A stretch of 64,000 bases of DNA. Source: Chthoniobacteraceae bacterium. GTDB lineage: Bacteria; Verrucomicrobiota; Verrucomicrobiia; Chthoniobacterales; Chthoniobacteraceae. The position numbers and the translations under genes were made by a program. The notes under the pieces were generated by a model. It saw only the letters and a list, made by a program, of their open reading frames with translations. It did not search any database and had not been told where the DNA came from. The stretch spans positions 32,001-96,000 of the forward strand of contig JBBCKI010000019.1 of the NCBI GenBank assembly GCA_037190965.1, written 5' to 3'. Each line of letters begins with the position of its first letter. Position 1 is the first letter of the stretch. Positions 23,109 through 32,696 of the stretch are shown one piece after another.

Positions 23109-24920
23109 ATGGAAATCTCAACGCACTCTTCGCACTCCGGTGCGGGACATGATGATGGTCATCACGACCATCACGAGCTCGGCTTTTGGAGCAAATATGT
23201 CTTCTCCACCGATCACAAGGTGATCGGTATCCAGTACGGGCTCTCCGGGCTTCTTTTCCTGTTCCTCGGCTTCTGCTTGATGATGCTGATGCGATGGCAG
23301 CTTGCCTACCCAGGCCAGGCACTTCCGTATTTTGGGGCCGTTCTTGCCAAGGTGTTTCCTCAAGAAATGCCCAACGGCATCATGACGCCGGACTTCTATA
23401 ACTCCCTCGGCGCCATGCACGGGACGATCATGGTCTTCCTCGGCATCGTTCCTGTCTCCTTCGCGGCGTTCGGTAACTATGTCGTCCCGCTCCAGATCGG
23501 CGCACCCGACATGGCGTTCCCCAAGCTGAACATGGCAAGCTTCTGGGTATTCTTTATCGGCGGCGTCATCATGCTCATCAGCTTCTTCGTTCCCGGCGGA
23601 GCGGCGAAGAGCGGCTGGACCTCCTATCCTCCTCTTGCCAACATTGCGGACACCGGCCCCGCGTTCCACCACATCTGGAACGGCCAGACGCTCTGGTTGA
23701 TGGGCATGGTCTTCCTGATCACCTCCTCGCTGCTTGGCTCGGTGAACATCATTACCACGGTGATCCAGCTTCGCGCTCCCGGGTTGACCTGGATGCGCCT
23801 CCCGTTCTTCACCTGGGCGATCCTGGTGACCTCCTATATTCTCCTCCTCGCGTTTCCTCCGCTTGAAGCCGCCGGCATCATGCAGTTGATGGATCGTGTC
23901 GCAGGTACCTCGTTCTTCAGTCCGAACGGCTTGATCGTCAGCAGCCTCGGTGGCCAGCTCGACATCAGCGGTGGCGGCAGCCCGCTTCTGTGGCAGCACC
24001 TCTTCTGGTTCCTCGCGCACCCGGAAGTTTACGTTCTTATTCTTCCCGCGCTAGGAATTGTGGCCGAAGTTATCGCCAACAACACCCGCAAGCCGCTCTG
24101 GGGCTACAAGGCGATGGTCTTCTCCGCCCTTTTCCTCGGGTTCCTCTCGTTCCTTGTCTGGGCGCACCACATGTATCTCACGGGCATGGGTACCAAGGTG
24201 AGCGCTTTCTTCCAGACGACCACCATCATGATTTCGGTGCCGTCGGTCATTATTCTCACGGCGCTTCTGATCTCGCTCTGGGGAGGGTCCATCCGTTTCA
24301 CCACGCCGATGCTCTTCGCGACGGCGTTCCTCCCGATGTTCGGCATCGGCGGTCTGACGGGTCTGCCCCTGGCGTTCAACTCGCTGGACGCCTACCTCCA
24401 CGACACCTACTACATCATCGGTCACTTTCACTATATCGTCGCGCCCGGTACGATCTTCGGCATCTTCGCAGGGGTCTACTACTGGTATCCCAAGATGACG
24501 GGCCGCACGATGAGCGACACGCTCGGTAAGCTCCACTTCTGGGGTTCGCTCATTACGATCAACGGCATCTTCTTCCCGATGTTCCTCCAGGGTATGGCGG
24601 GGATGCACCGCCGCTGGTATGACGGCGGCCATGTTTACGAACAGATCAGCGGGCCGATGCTCCACTGGAACAGCTTCATGTCCTGGTCGGCATGGTTGCT
24701 TGGCATTGTTCAGATCTTCTTCATCATCAACGTCTTCTGGAGCATCCGGAATGGCCGCAAGGTGAACACGAATCCCTGGGATGCGACGACCCTCGACTGG
24801 AGCACTCCGTCGCCCCCTCCTCACGGCAACTTCGACAAGCCGGTTACGGTTTATCGTGGGCCGTATGAATACAGCGTCCCCGGTGCCGCTAAGGATTTCT
24901 CTCCCCAGGCAGAAGCATAA
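23109..24920 (+). CDS. ctaD: cytochrome c oxidase subunit I, A-family (aa3)
   Basis: STDHK, MHGTIM, DMAFPKLN, GWTSYPPL, AHPEVY, WAHHM, HDTYYIIGHFHY, GMHRR; K-channel Lys absent (see findings). Confidence 0.96.
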   Translation: MEISTHSSHSGAGHDDGHHDHHELGFWSKYVFSTDHKVIGIQYGLSGLLFLFLGFCLMMLMRWQLAYPGQALPYFGAVLAKVFPQEMPNGIMTPDFYNSLGAMHGTIMVFLGIVPVSFAAFGNYVVPLQIGAPDMAFPKLNMASFWVFFIGGVIMLISFFVPGGAAKSGWTSYPPLANIADTGPAFHHIWNGQTLWLMGMVFLITSSLLGSVNIITTVIQLRAPGLTWMRLPFFTWAILVTSYILLLAFPPLEAAGIMQLMDRVAGTSFFSPNGLIVSSLGGQLDISGGGSPLLWQHLFWFLAHPEVYVLILPALGIVAEVIANNTRKPLWGYKAMVFSALFLGFLSFLVWAHHMYLTGMGTKVSAFFQTTTIMISVPSVIILTALLISLWGGSIRFTTPMLFATAFLPMFGIGGLTGLPLAFNSLDAYLHDTYYIIGHFHYIVAPGTIFGIFAGVYYWYPKMTGRTMSDTLGKLHFWGSLITINGIFFPMFLQGMAGMHRRWYDGGHVYEQISGPMLHWNSFMSWSAWLLGIVQIFFIINVFWSIRNGRKVNTNPWDATTLDWSTPSPPPHGNFDKPVTVYRGPYEYSVPGAAKDFSPQAEA

Positions 24921-24931
24921 TTTTCTCTACA

Positions 24932-25807
24932 ATGGAAATTCCATATACAGTCAAGCCGAGGCCGGACACGGGTCTCTGGAATGCGAAGATCGGCATCTGG
25001 CTCTTCCTCGCCTCGGAAGTGATGCTCTTCGGCGGTCTCTTTTCGGCATACATTTTCCTGCGTCTCGGCGCGGAACCGGGTTATTGGCCCAAGGGTCTTT
25101 TGAACGTTCCGGTCGGCACCATCAATACGGCCATCCTGATCGCCTCTTCGGTCAGCGTGGTTTTTGCCTGGGCGGCGCTCAAGATGCGGAACTTCAAGCG
25201 GTATCGCCTCTGCATGATGTTCACCCTGTTGTGCGGGGTGGTCTTCCTCGGGGTGAAGCTCGGTTACGAGTGGCCCGCCAAGTACCATCATTTCGGCGCT
25301 TTCATCAAACCGGAAGCCCGTGCCAAGTACGAAGAGTTCCTGGGCAACGAGCACCTGGCTGCGAAGGGGTTGCACCCCCGTGTCGAAATTAGCGGACACC
25401 TGGAGAACCACGACGCCCTGCATGACAAGGAGATCAAGGAATACCACATCCGGCTGGATGCGGTGAACGCGGACCCGACCTCTCCCGCCAACGATCACCC
25501 GCACTTCTGGCCTCGCCCGATGTCGGACAAGGTGGCGCACGTCGCGAAGGAAGACGTCCAGTGGGCAAGCATGTTCCTGCCCAAACACAGCACTTACTTT
25601 GCCGTATACTACACGATCACCGGTCTGCACGGGTTGCACGTCTTGGGCGGTCTGGTCATGTTTGCGTACTTCCTGCTTCCGGTCAGCACGCGCCTTTACC
25701 AGAAGGATCCCGATCATCTGGCGAACCGGATCGAAGTGGTGGGACTTTTCTGGCACTTCGTCGACCTCGTCTGGATTTTCGTTTTCCCGCTGTTCTATCT
25801 CCTCTAG
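24932..25807 (+). CDS. ctaE: cytochrome c oxidase subunit III with internal soluble insertion
   Basis: WLFLASEVMLFGGLF, TGLHGLHV, FWHFVDLVWIFVFPLFY. Confidence 0.93.
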   Translation: MEIPYTVKPRPDTGLWNAKIGIWLFLASEVMLFGGLFSAYIFLRLGAEPGYWPKGLLNVPVGTINTAILIASSVSVVFAWAALKMRNFKRYRLCMMFTLLCGVVFLGVKLGYEWPAKYHHFGAFIKPEARAKYEEFLGNEHLAAKGLHPRVEISGHLENHDALHDKEIKEYHIRLDAVNADPTSPANDHPHFWPRPMSDKVAHVAKEDVQWASMFLPKHSTYFAVYYTITGLHGLHVLGGLVMFAYFLLPVSTRLYQKDPDHLANRIEVVGLFWHFVDLVWIFVFPLFYLL

Positions 25808-25826
25808 CCGATTTTAATCCATCTCT

Positions 25827-26180
25827 ATGAGCGATCCTCATCAACACGGCTCTCCCGCTACCGCGGCCGATCACCCGGTTCCGCATGACGCCGCGCATTT
25901 CCACGACCATTCCAAGCTTTACCTCGGGGTTGGGGCAGCCCTGCTGGTCCTGACGGCGGCCACGGTCGGACTGTCGTATGTTCATTTCGGCTCCGAAGAA
26001 ATGAACATTCTGATCGGCATGCTCCTCGCGACCTTCAAGGCCTCGCTGGTGGCGTTGATTTTCATGCACCTCAAGGAAGAAAAGATGACCATTTACCAGT
26101 TCATGCTCGCGACGATGGTGTTCGTCACCGGGCTGTTCCTTTTGACGCTCCTGGCGTTCAAAGATCACATCGTCCTCTGA
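25827..26180 (+). CDS. ctaF: cytochrome c oxidase subunit IV (prokaryotic)
   Basis: KASLVALIFMHLK motif, three TM helices. Confidence 0.88.
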   Translation: MSDPHQHGSPATAADHPVPHDAAHFHDHSKLYLGVGAALLVLTAATVGLSYVHFGSEEMNILIGMLLATFKASLVALIFMHLKEEKMTIYQFMLATMVFVTGLFLLTLLAFKDHIVL

Positions 26181-26225
26181 TCTCACCCACGAATCACGGA
26201 ACCAAACCAAAGAAGAACCCATTTT

Positions 26226-26429
26226 ATGTCACTTCGCGGAGTTCATATCCTCTTCATCCTCCTCAGTGTCCTGCTCTCGTTCCTGCTGGCAGCTTTCGAG
26301 CTGACAGTATACCGGCAGGGTCACGCGTTGGTTGACGGGGTGGTCGCTTCGCTCTCGGCTGCAATTGGGTTGGGTCTCGCGGCTTACGGAATCTGGTTCA
26401 TCCGGAAATCGGGGAAATCCACCGTATGA
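26226..26429 (+). CDS. small two-TM protein in the oxidase operon
   Basis: 67 aa, two hydrophobic helices, stop overlaps the next ATG. Confidence 0.7.
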   Translation: MSLRGVHILFILLSVLLSFLLAAFELTVYRQGHALVDGVVASLSAAIGLGLAAYGIWFIRKSGKSTV

Positions 26430-26701
26430 ACCGCCCTCTGAACATCACGCTTCCTGCCCTTCTGATTTCCATATCGATGAAGGGGAACGCCCTTGCCTGC
26501 GCGGTATGCACCGGCTCGGCCGATGCTCCTATCGCCCCGGCGATGAACGCGTCGATGGTGTTTCTTCTCGCTGCCATCGCGGTTGTCGGCAGCATGTTTT
26601 TCGGTTTTTTAATCTATCTTGCCCGGCGGGACGGCCTGCCTGCAAACGTTAATCAAGAACTCTCCGGGGAGATGGAATCCCCTATCTCTCAACAAAGCTG
26701 A
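26426..26701 (+). CDS. small membrane protein with CxxC (CAVC)
   Basis: signal-like N-terminus, ALA-CAVC, one TM; translationally coupled on both sides. Confidence 0.7.
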   Translation: MNRPLNITLPALLISISMKGNALACAVCTGSADAPIAPAMNASMVFLLAAIAVVGSMFFGFLIYLARRDGLPANVNQELSGEMESPISQQS

Positions 26702-26702
26702 T

Positions 26703-27518
26703 ATGTTGAATAAATTGTTAGGAATGCCCCTGAATGCTTCCGAGCACGGGTTTCAAGTCGACCAGATGCTCGAGTTTGTGCACTGGATCATGCTGGTGCT
26801 CTTCGTCGGGTGGTCGACATTCTTCATCTTTACTTTGATCCGCTTCCACAAGTCGCGGAACCCGAAGGCGGATTACCACGGCGTAAAATCCAAGGCTTCC
26901 ACTCACATCGAGTTCATGGTGGTGCTGGTGGAGTCGGTCTTTCTGCTCGGGTTCGGTATTCCCCTGTGGGGCAAGCGAGTTAATGGACCAAAGCCGGAAG
27001 GAGGCGACGTGGAACGTGTCCGCGTGGTCGCCGAGCAGTACAAGTGGAACTTTCATTATCCCGGCGCAGACGGGGTGATCGGCCGCCGGAAGACTGAACT
27101 CGTGAGTGCTTCGAACCCTGTAGGGCTCGACTACACGGATCCTGCCGCGAAGGACGATATTGTGACCGCCAACGAGATGCACCTCCCGGTCAACAAAGAT
27201 GTCATCCTGGAGATCAGCTCCAAGGACGTCATTCATAGCCTTTCGCTCCAGTTCATGCGCATCGGCCAGGACGCGACGCCCGGCCTGGTGAGCCCCATCT
27301 GGTTCAAGCCGGTCAGGACCGGCGAGTTCGAGATCATCTGCGGCCAGCTTTGCGGTTACGGTCACTACCTCATGCGCGGAAACATGGTCATTGATTCCGC
27401 CGAGGATTATCAGGCCTGGTTGAAGGAGAAGGCGGCAAATGCCGGCGCTCCTGCTGCACCGGCTGCCGGCGCCGCAACTCCTGCTCCTGCCGCCCCTCCC
27501 GCAGGGGCCGCGCACTAG
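26703..27518 (+). CDS. ctaC: cytochrome c oxidase subunit II (CuA, no fused cytochrome c)
   Basis: two TM, AEQYKWNFHY, SKDVIHS, CGQLCGYGHYLM CuA motif. Confidence 0.93.
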   Translation: MLNKLLGMPLNASEHGFQVDQMLEFVHWIMLVLFVGWSTFFIFTLIRFHKSRNPKADYHGVKSKASTHIEFMVVLVESVFLLGFGIPLWGKRVNGPKPEGGDVERVRVVAEQYKWNFHYPGADGVIGRRKTELVSASNPVGLDYTDPAAKDDIVTANEMHLPVNKDVILEISSKDVIHSLSLQFMRIGQDATPGLVSPIWFKPVRTGEFEIICGQLCGYGHYLMRGNMVIDSAEDYQAWLKEKAANAGAPAAPAAGAATPAPAAPPAGAAH

Positions 27519-27619
27519 CGGCGGCGTCCACGATGTGGGGCGCCATAGTCGCCCCATCTTCCCACCAGGGGGGAGGCACCGCTTGCTTTCCGCGAAACGT
27601 GTTGAATTATTAGATCTCC

Positions 27620-28588
27620 ATGCAACCGGCTAAACTCTGGCTATCCCGCTACGCAAAGTTCGTCGTCGTCTTCACACTGTTTCTGATTTCAGTGGGTGGC
27701 ACGGTGACGACCAAGAAGGCGGGGCTGGCAGTGCCGGATTGGCCCACCAGCTTCGGGTACAACATGTTCACTCTCCCGTTCCACTTTTGGGAGGGGGACG
27801 CTCTTTTGGAGCATTCGCATCGCCTGGTTGGCTCCGTGATGGGGATGCTGGTCATTGGCCTTTTGATCTGGACGGCCTGCGTGGAACGACGCTCGTGGGT
27901 CAAGCAGCTCACCTGGGTCGCGTTGGTCATGGTGATTGTGCAAGGGATCATGGGCGGGCTGCGCGTCACGGAGCTCTCCATTGCCTGGGCCATCGTCCAC
28001 GGCTGCACGGCTCAAGCCTTTCTTTGTCTTTTGCTCCTGATCGCGGTTGCGCTCTCGCCGGAATGGGACCGTCCTCTGGCTGCTTCGGTGAGCCCGGCGC
28101 GCGTGGCGAATTGGCGGCACTGGGCCTGGATCGTCGTCGGTGCCGTTTTTCTTCAGTTGTTTTTGGGGGCCTTCATGAGGCACATCGATGCCGGGCTGGC
28201 GATTCCGACCTTCCCTCTCACCCCCGAAGGGACCTTCATGCCGACCGTGCATAACAAGCACGTCGATATTCACTTCGCCCATCGTTTCTGGGCTCTGGTG
28301 GTGACGGTGCTTGTTGGAATCCTGACCACCAAGGTGCTCCGGTCCGCATGGGCGGAAAGGCGCTTCCGTCGACCCGCATTGGGCCTCATCGTGCTTCTGA
28401 TCGTTCAGATTGCACTTGGAGCCTCGATTATCTGGACCCAACGCGCTTCCCATCCGACGACTCTCCACGTGGTGAACGGTGCCGTGGTGCTGGCATTGAG
28501 CTTTCTTCTGGGCATTCGGGCGAACCGTTTTTCCAAGGCCCATAACGATCAACCTTTTTCGGCCTCCCCCACGCCGCTTCAAGCATGA
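27620..28588 (+). CDS. ctaA: heme A synthase (CtaA/COX15)
   Basis: AGLAVPDWP, LEHSHR, QGIMGG, VHG, FAHR, LHV. Confidence 0.9.
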   Translation: MQPAKLWLSRYAKFVVVFTLFLISVGGTVTTKKAGLAVPDWPTSFGYNMFTLPFHFWEGDALLEHSHRLVGSVMGMLVIGLLIWTACVERRSWVKQLTWVALVMVIVQGIMGGLRVTELSIAWAIVHGCTAQAFLCLLLLIAVALSPEWDRPLAASVSPARVANWRHWAWIVVGAVFLQLFLGAFMRHIDAGLAIPTFPLTPEGTFMPTVHNKHVDIHFAHRFWALVVTVLVGILTTKVLRSAWAERRFRRPALGLIVLLIVQIALGASIIWTQRASHPTTLHVVNGAVVLALSFLLGIRANRFSKAHNDQPFSASPTPLQA

Positions 28589-29520
28589 ACGAAATCACGC
28601 AATTAGAGGGGATGGAGGGTAATCAGGCCCAGCGGCAGGGCTCCATCGAGGAGGCTGGCCTCGCCGGTTTCGTCGGAGACGTCATGCTTCTGGTCAAGGC
28701 GCGTCTGACGCTGCTGGTGGTTATCACCACGTTTGTCGGTTTTTGCATGGCGAGCCGTGGCTCCCTCGACTGGGCGCAACTTGCCCATACCGTGGTCGGC
28801 ACCGCCCTGGTGGCCGCCGCCGCCGCCGCTTTCAATCAGGTGTTGGAGATCAACGTTGACCGCCTCATGGAGCGGACCCGTCAGCGTCCGATCGCCGCGG
28901 GCCGGATGACCAAGAAGACGGCAATCCTGCTCGGTTCGATCATGGCCATCGGGGGCTTTGCCCAGCTCGCCATCGCCACCACGTGGGTCGCCGCTTATCT
29001 CTCGGCGGCTTCATTCCTGATCTACATTCTTTTCTACACTCCGATGAAGCGTCACACGGCGCTTTGCGTGACGATCGGCGCGGTTTCCGGCGCCATTCCG
29101 CCGGTGATCGGCTGGACCGCGGTGGATGGCTCTTTTGGCATCGGCGCGTGGGTGCTGTTCGGGATTCTCTTTGCCTGGCAGATGCCCCACTTTCTTGCGA
29201 TTGCCTGGATGTACCGGGACGAGTATTCGCAAGCCGGGTTTGTCATGCTGCCCAGGAAGGATTTTTCGGGGGCGTGGACAGCGGCTCAGGCGCTTCTTTA
29301 CTCTGTGGCTCTCACGGCCTGCACGCTGGTTCCGTTCTTTACCGGAGAAGGGGGAGCTCTTTATCTCACGGGAGCGCTCGTGTTCGATCTTTTGATGGTG
29401 GCCTGTTCGATCTACTTCATGGTGCAGCGGACACGGCAGGCGGCGCGGCTTCTCTTTTTCTCATCGATCGTGTACCTTCCCGGGCTGCTGTTGTGCCTGA
29501 TGGTTTTTACCAAACCTTGA
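28585..29520 (+). CDS. ctaB: protoheme IX farnesyltransferase (heme O synthase)
   Basis: DRLMERTRQRP, YTPMKR, GAIPPVIGW, WQMPHFLAIA. Confidence 0.95.
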   Translation: MNEITQLEGMEGNQAQRQGSIEEAGLAGFVGDVMLLVKARLTLLVVITTFVGFCMASRGSLDWAQLAHTVVGTALVAAAAAAFNQVLEINVDRLMERTRQRPIAAGRMTKKTAILLGSIMAIGGFAQLAIATTWVAAYLSAASFLIYILFYTPMKRHTALCVTIGAVSGAIPPVIGWTAVDGSFGIGAWVLFGILFAWQMPHFLAIAWMYRDEYSQAGFVMLPRKDFSGAWTAAQALLYSVALTACTLVPFFTGEGGALYLTGALVFDLLMVACSIYFMVQRTRQAARLLFFSSIVYLPGLLLCLMVFTKP

Positions 29521-29680
29521 TTCGGTCGGTTATAAGCCGGTTCTGAACCGGTCCGAACCTTGCCGCGGAAGGCGGCCTTTTGAAGTCCTGTCAGTGACAC
29601 AGGGGCGCGCGGTGAAACTGTGTGTAGACAGGGAGGAGGGGATCTTCTCCTCCTTTTAACCCTTGGGGAGTCAGCTTTTC

Positions 29681-30328
29681 GTGAAAAAAATCATCTACTT
29701 TATCGCGTTATTGGTGGCGGTTGGAGGGGTCTCCTTGCAGCTCTGGCTGACCAAGCTGAGCCGTGAGCGCTCTGATGTCATTGTGCGCTCCGTCCCCGCT
29801 CAGGAGGGTTTCAGGGAATACTCCACGGTGCCGGATTTCCAGTTTACCGACAGAAGCGGCAAGCCGGTATCGTTGGGCGACCTCAAAGGCAAGGTTTGGC
29901 TGGCGAATTTCATTTACACGACCTGCCCGACCACCTGCCCCATGCTCAGCAACCGGCTTTCGGCTCTTCAGGAAGCGGCGCTCGGAAAGGGAAACGGCGA
30001 CGAAGTCCGGTTGATTTCTTTTTCCGTGGATCCGGACAACGACACGCCGGAAGTGCTCCAGGGGTATGCCACTGCCCTGAAGGCGCAGGACCGCTGGCTT
30101 TTCCTGACCGGTCATAAGCAGCAAATCGAGCGCATCGCCCGGCAAGGGTTCCTGCTTGGGTTCGAGAAAGTCCCGGGAATTTCCAACGACATCAGCCATA
30201 GCACGAAGATCGCGCTGGTGGACCGGAAGGGAGTCGTCCGAGCTTTTTACGATGGGATCGGAGAGAACGACGAAACCCCGAAGATTCTGAAAGACATCGA
30301 CGCCTTGCTCAAGGAGGACGGTAAATGA
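29681..30328 (+). CDS. SCO family copper chaperone
   Basis: FIYTTCPTTCP (CxxxC), SVDPDNDTP, ISHS. Confidence 0.93.
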   Translation: MKKIIYFIALLVAVGGVSLQLWLTKLSRERSDVIVRSVPAQEGFREYSTVPDFQFTDRSGKPVSLGDLKGKVWLANFIYTTCPTTCPMLSNRLSALQEAALGKGNGDEVRLISFSVDPDNDTPEVLQGYATALKAQDRWLFLTGHKQQIERIARQGFLLGFEKVPGISNDISHSTKIALVDRKGVVRAFYDGIGENDETPKILKDIDALLKEDGK

Positions 30329-30768
30329 CGATCAGCGATCTCCCCGCGCTCAATGCCAGTCTCAACTCATTGAGCACACTGTTTCTCCTCTTCGGGTGGT
30401 GGTTCATCCGGAAGGACCGAAAGAAGCAGCACATCACGATGATGGTCTGTGCGCTGGTAACCTCCACGCTCTTCCTGGCCTCGTACCTTACCTACCACTT
30501 CAACGTCGCCGCGGTGACCAAGTTCGAAGCGGAGGGGATTATTCGCCCCATTTATCTGACGATCCTGGCGACTCATGTCGTCCTCGCCATGGTGATCGTG
30601 CCAATGGTGATCATGACCGTTGTTCCCGCGCTGCGCGCCCGATTCGATCGCCATCGGCGGATCGCCCGGTGGACCCTTCCGCTCTGGCTTTATGTTTCCG
30701 TGACCGGGGTGCTTGTCTACTTCATGCTCTACCAATGGTTCCCGCCATCGTCCGTCGCCGCTTCCTGA
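30325..30768 (+). CDS. DUF420 (CtaM-like) membrane protein
   Basis: LPALNASLN, FLASYLTYH, HRRIARWTLPLWLYVSVTG. Confidence 0.9.
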   Translation: MTISDLPALNASLNSLSTLFLLFGWWFIRKDRKKQHITMMVCALVTSTLFLASYLTYHFNVAAVTKFEAEGIIRPIYLTILATHVVLAMVIVPMVIMTVVPALRARFDRHRRIARWTLPLWLYVSVTGVLVYFMLYQWFPPSSVAAS

Positions 30769-30781
30769 CCCTTATCCCTGT

Positions 30782-32683
30782 ATGAGCGCACATTGGAGCG
30801 AAAAGACCTGGCGAGAACATATCGAGAATCGGCGGCAGCAGTCGGCAGTGTGGCAGTTCATCCATCTGTGCGGCTCGATGAGGCTGGCGATGGTGCTGCT
30901 TTTCACCATCCTCGTGGCGTGCGCGATCGCCACGCTTTACGAATCCAAGTTCACCGCCCAGATCGCCCAGGCTTATGTCTACAAAAGTCAGTGGTTCATC
31001 TTCTGGCTCGCGGTGCTTTGCATCAACCTGTTTTGCGTCACGCTGACGCGCTGGCCTTGGAGACCGAAGCATTGGGGGTTTGTGATCACCCATTACGGCA
31101 TCATTCTCCTGCTGATCGGCGCTGCCGTCGGGCAGAAGCTCGGGTTTGAAGCCAACGTCACGCTGCGGGTTGGCGGAGGGGCGACTCGGGACCTCATCAT
31201 CAACCGGACGATTCTCCAGGTGCAAAGCGGTCAGGACCGGCTGGCTTACAAGATCCCTGTCGACGTTCACATCCGGCCTCCGGTGCCGGAGCGCCCCAAG
31301 GCGATTGCCCTCCCGGCAAGCAAGCTCAAGTTGCGAATCGAAAACTACGCGGAACTCGGGGAAACCCCTGAGCTGGTGGAATCGCCCCTTCCGAAATCGG
31401 GCGCCGGGGTGGCGCTGGAGTTTTCTTCCGGCATGATGGCGCAGAGCGTCCCCGTCAACCTCACGCGTCTTCCGGAGACCGCCAGCAGCAATGACTTTTT
31501 TGGCCGGGCTCGGATCGAACTGGTCGATCAACTGCCGGATCGCTCGGGAGCGCAAGCCCCGGATCTCGCCTTTGAGGAATCGCAGATGGTCTTTGCGCAG
31601 TCCGAGCCGGTTATCTCCACCCGCAAGGGGAAGCCGAGCGGTTATCGGCTGGCGTTGATCATGGAGGGAGCCACGCCTCAGGTGGTCGTGGAATCGCCGC
31701 TTTCGACACCCGCCCCGGGTCACGGGGGCGGAGCGTCACCGCGCCGCGAGATGTTCGAGCTTTCCAAGATTCTCGGCAAGCCGTTCTCCCTTCAGGGGGA
31801 GGCGACGGAGATTCACATCCGGGAGTACTGGCCCGACATGGAATTGCGCGACGGCGTCCCTGTTTCGAAGTCCGACGAACCCAACAACCCCGCCATGCTG
31901 GTGTTGATTTCCGGACAGGGCGCAGGGGAGAAGCCGTTGTTGGAAATCGCAATGGCGGAAGGAGGCGGGATTGTCTATCAGATGAGCCGGGGTGGCGCGG
32001 TCGCGGCCTCCGGAAAGGCGGCGGTGGGGGAGAGTTTCCAACTCGGGTGGGCCGACTGGAAGGCGTTGGTCAAGCAGGCGCTTCCCAACGCGATGATCCG
32101 CAACCAGCTTTCGCCTGTCGATGAAAAGGCGGCAGCCGCATCCGGCCGAGAAAGTCTGACCCCGGGGATCTTCGCCCGTCTGGTGGACCGGCAGAAGGGC
32201 GAGGGAGAAGCGGAATGGATTCCCTCCGGACGCGGCACCATGTTGCGACTCGGCGACGAGACGGCTTTTGTCGGCTTCGGCCTGGAGGTTTACAAGCTTC
32301 CGTTCACCATTGAATTGTTGAAGTTCGAGGTGCCTCGCGACCCGGGGACTGAAACCCCGGCAGACTTCCAGAGCAGCGTCCGCTTTACCGACTCCGCCAC
32401 CGGACAGACAGTCGATTCGTTTATTCACATGAACAACCCGGCCAGTTTCCCGGAGGGGTTCTGGCGGGCGGCACTGGGACGCAATTTCAAGTTCTCTCAG
32501 GCTCAATGGAACGCCCGCGATCTCAACGAAACGACGCTGCAGATTCTGCATGATCCGGGCTGGCCGCTCAAGTGGATCGGCTCGCTGGGCATTTGCATTG
32601 GCATTGCAATCATGTTTTACGGCAAACCGGCGGGATCGAAGAACCGCAAGCAATCCACGCGCAAAAGCGCAAAAACCGCATAA
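30782..32683 (+). CDS. cytochrome c biogenesis protein ResB/Ccs1-like
   Basis: N-terminal TMs with GFVITHYG, large periplasmic domain, IHMNNP...FSQ...HDPG.P C-terminal TM. Confidence 0.85.
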   Translation: MSAHWSEKTWREHIENRRQQSAVWQFIHLCGSMRLAMVLLFTILVACAIATLYESKFTAQIAQAYVYKSQWFIFWLAVLCINLFCVTLTRWPWRPKHWGFVITHYGIILLLIGAAVGQKLGFEANVTLRVGGGATRDLIINRTILQVQSGQDRLAYKIPVDVHIRPPVPERPKAIALPASKLKLRIENYAELGETPELVESPLPKSGAGVALEFSSGMMAQSVPVNLTRLPETASSNDFFGRARIELVDQLPDRSGAQAPDLAFEESQMVFAQSEPVISTRKGKPSGYRLALIMEGATPQVVVESPLSTPAPGHGGGASPRREMFELSKILGKPFSLQGEATEIHIREYWPDMELRDGVPVSKSDEPNNPAMLVLISGQGAGEKPLLEIAMAEGGGIVYQMSRGGAVAASGKAAVGESFQLGWADWKALVKQALPNAMIRNQLSPVDEKAAAASGRESLTPGIFARLVDRQKGEGEAEWIPSGRGTMLRLGDETAFVGFGLEVYKLPFTIELLKFEVPRDPGTETPADFQSSVRFTDSATGQTVDSFIHMNNPASFPEGFWRAALGRNFKFSQAQWNARDLNETTLQILHDPGWPLKWIGSLGICIGIAIMFYGKPAGSKNRKQSTRKSAKTA

Positions 32684-32696
32684 GTCTTCTCACGCG

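Noticed and set aside
27338..27375. Glu-to-Gln change in the CuA motif (CGQLCGYGHYLM) as inactivating
   Set aside because: That residue binds CuA through its backbone carbonyl, and Gln occurs in functional CuA sites such as Thermus ba3.
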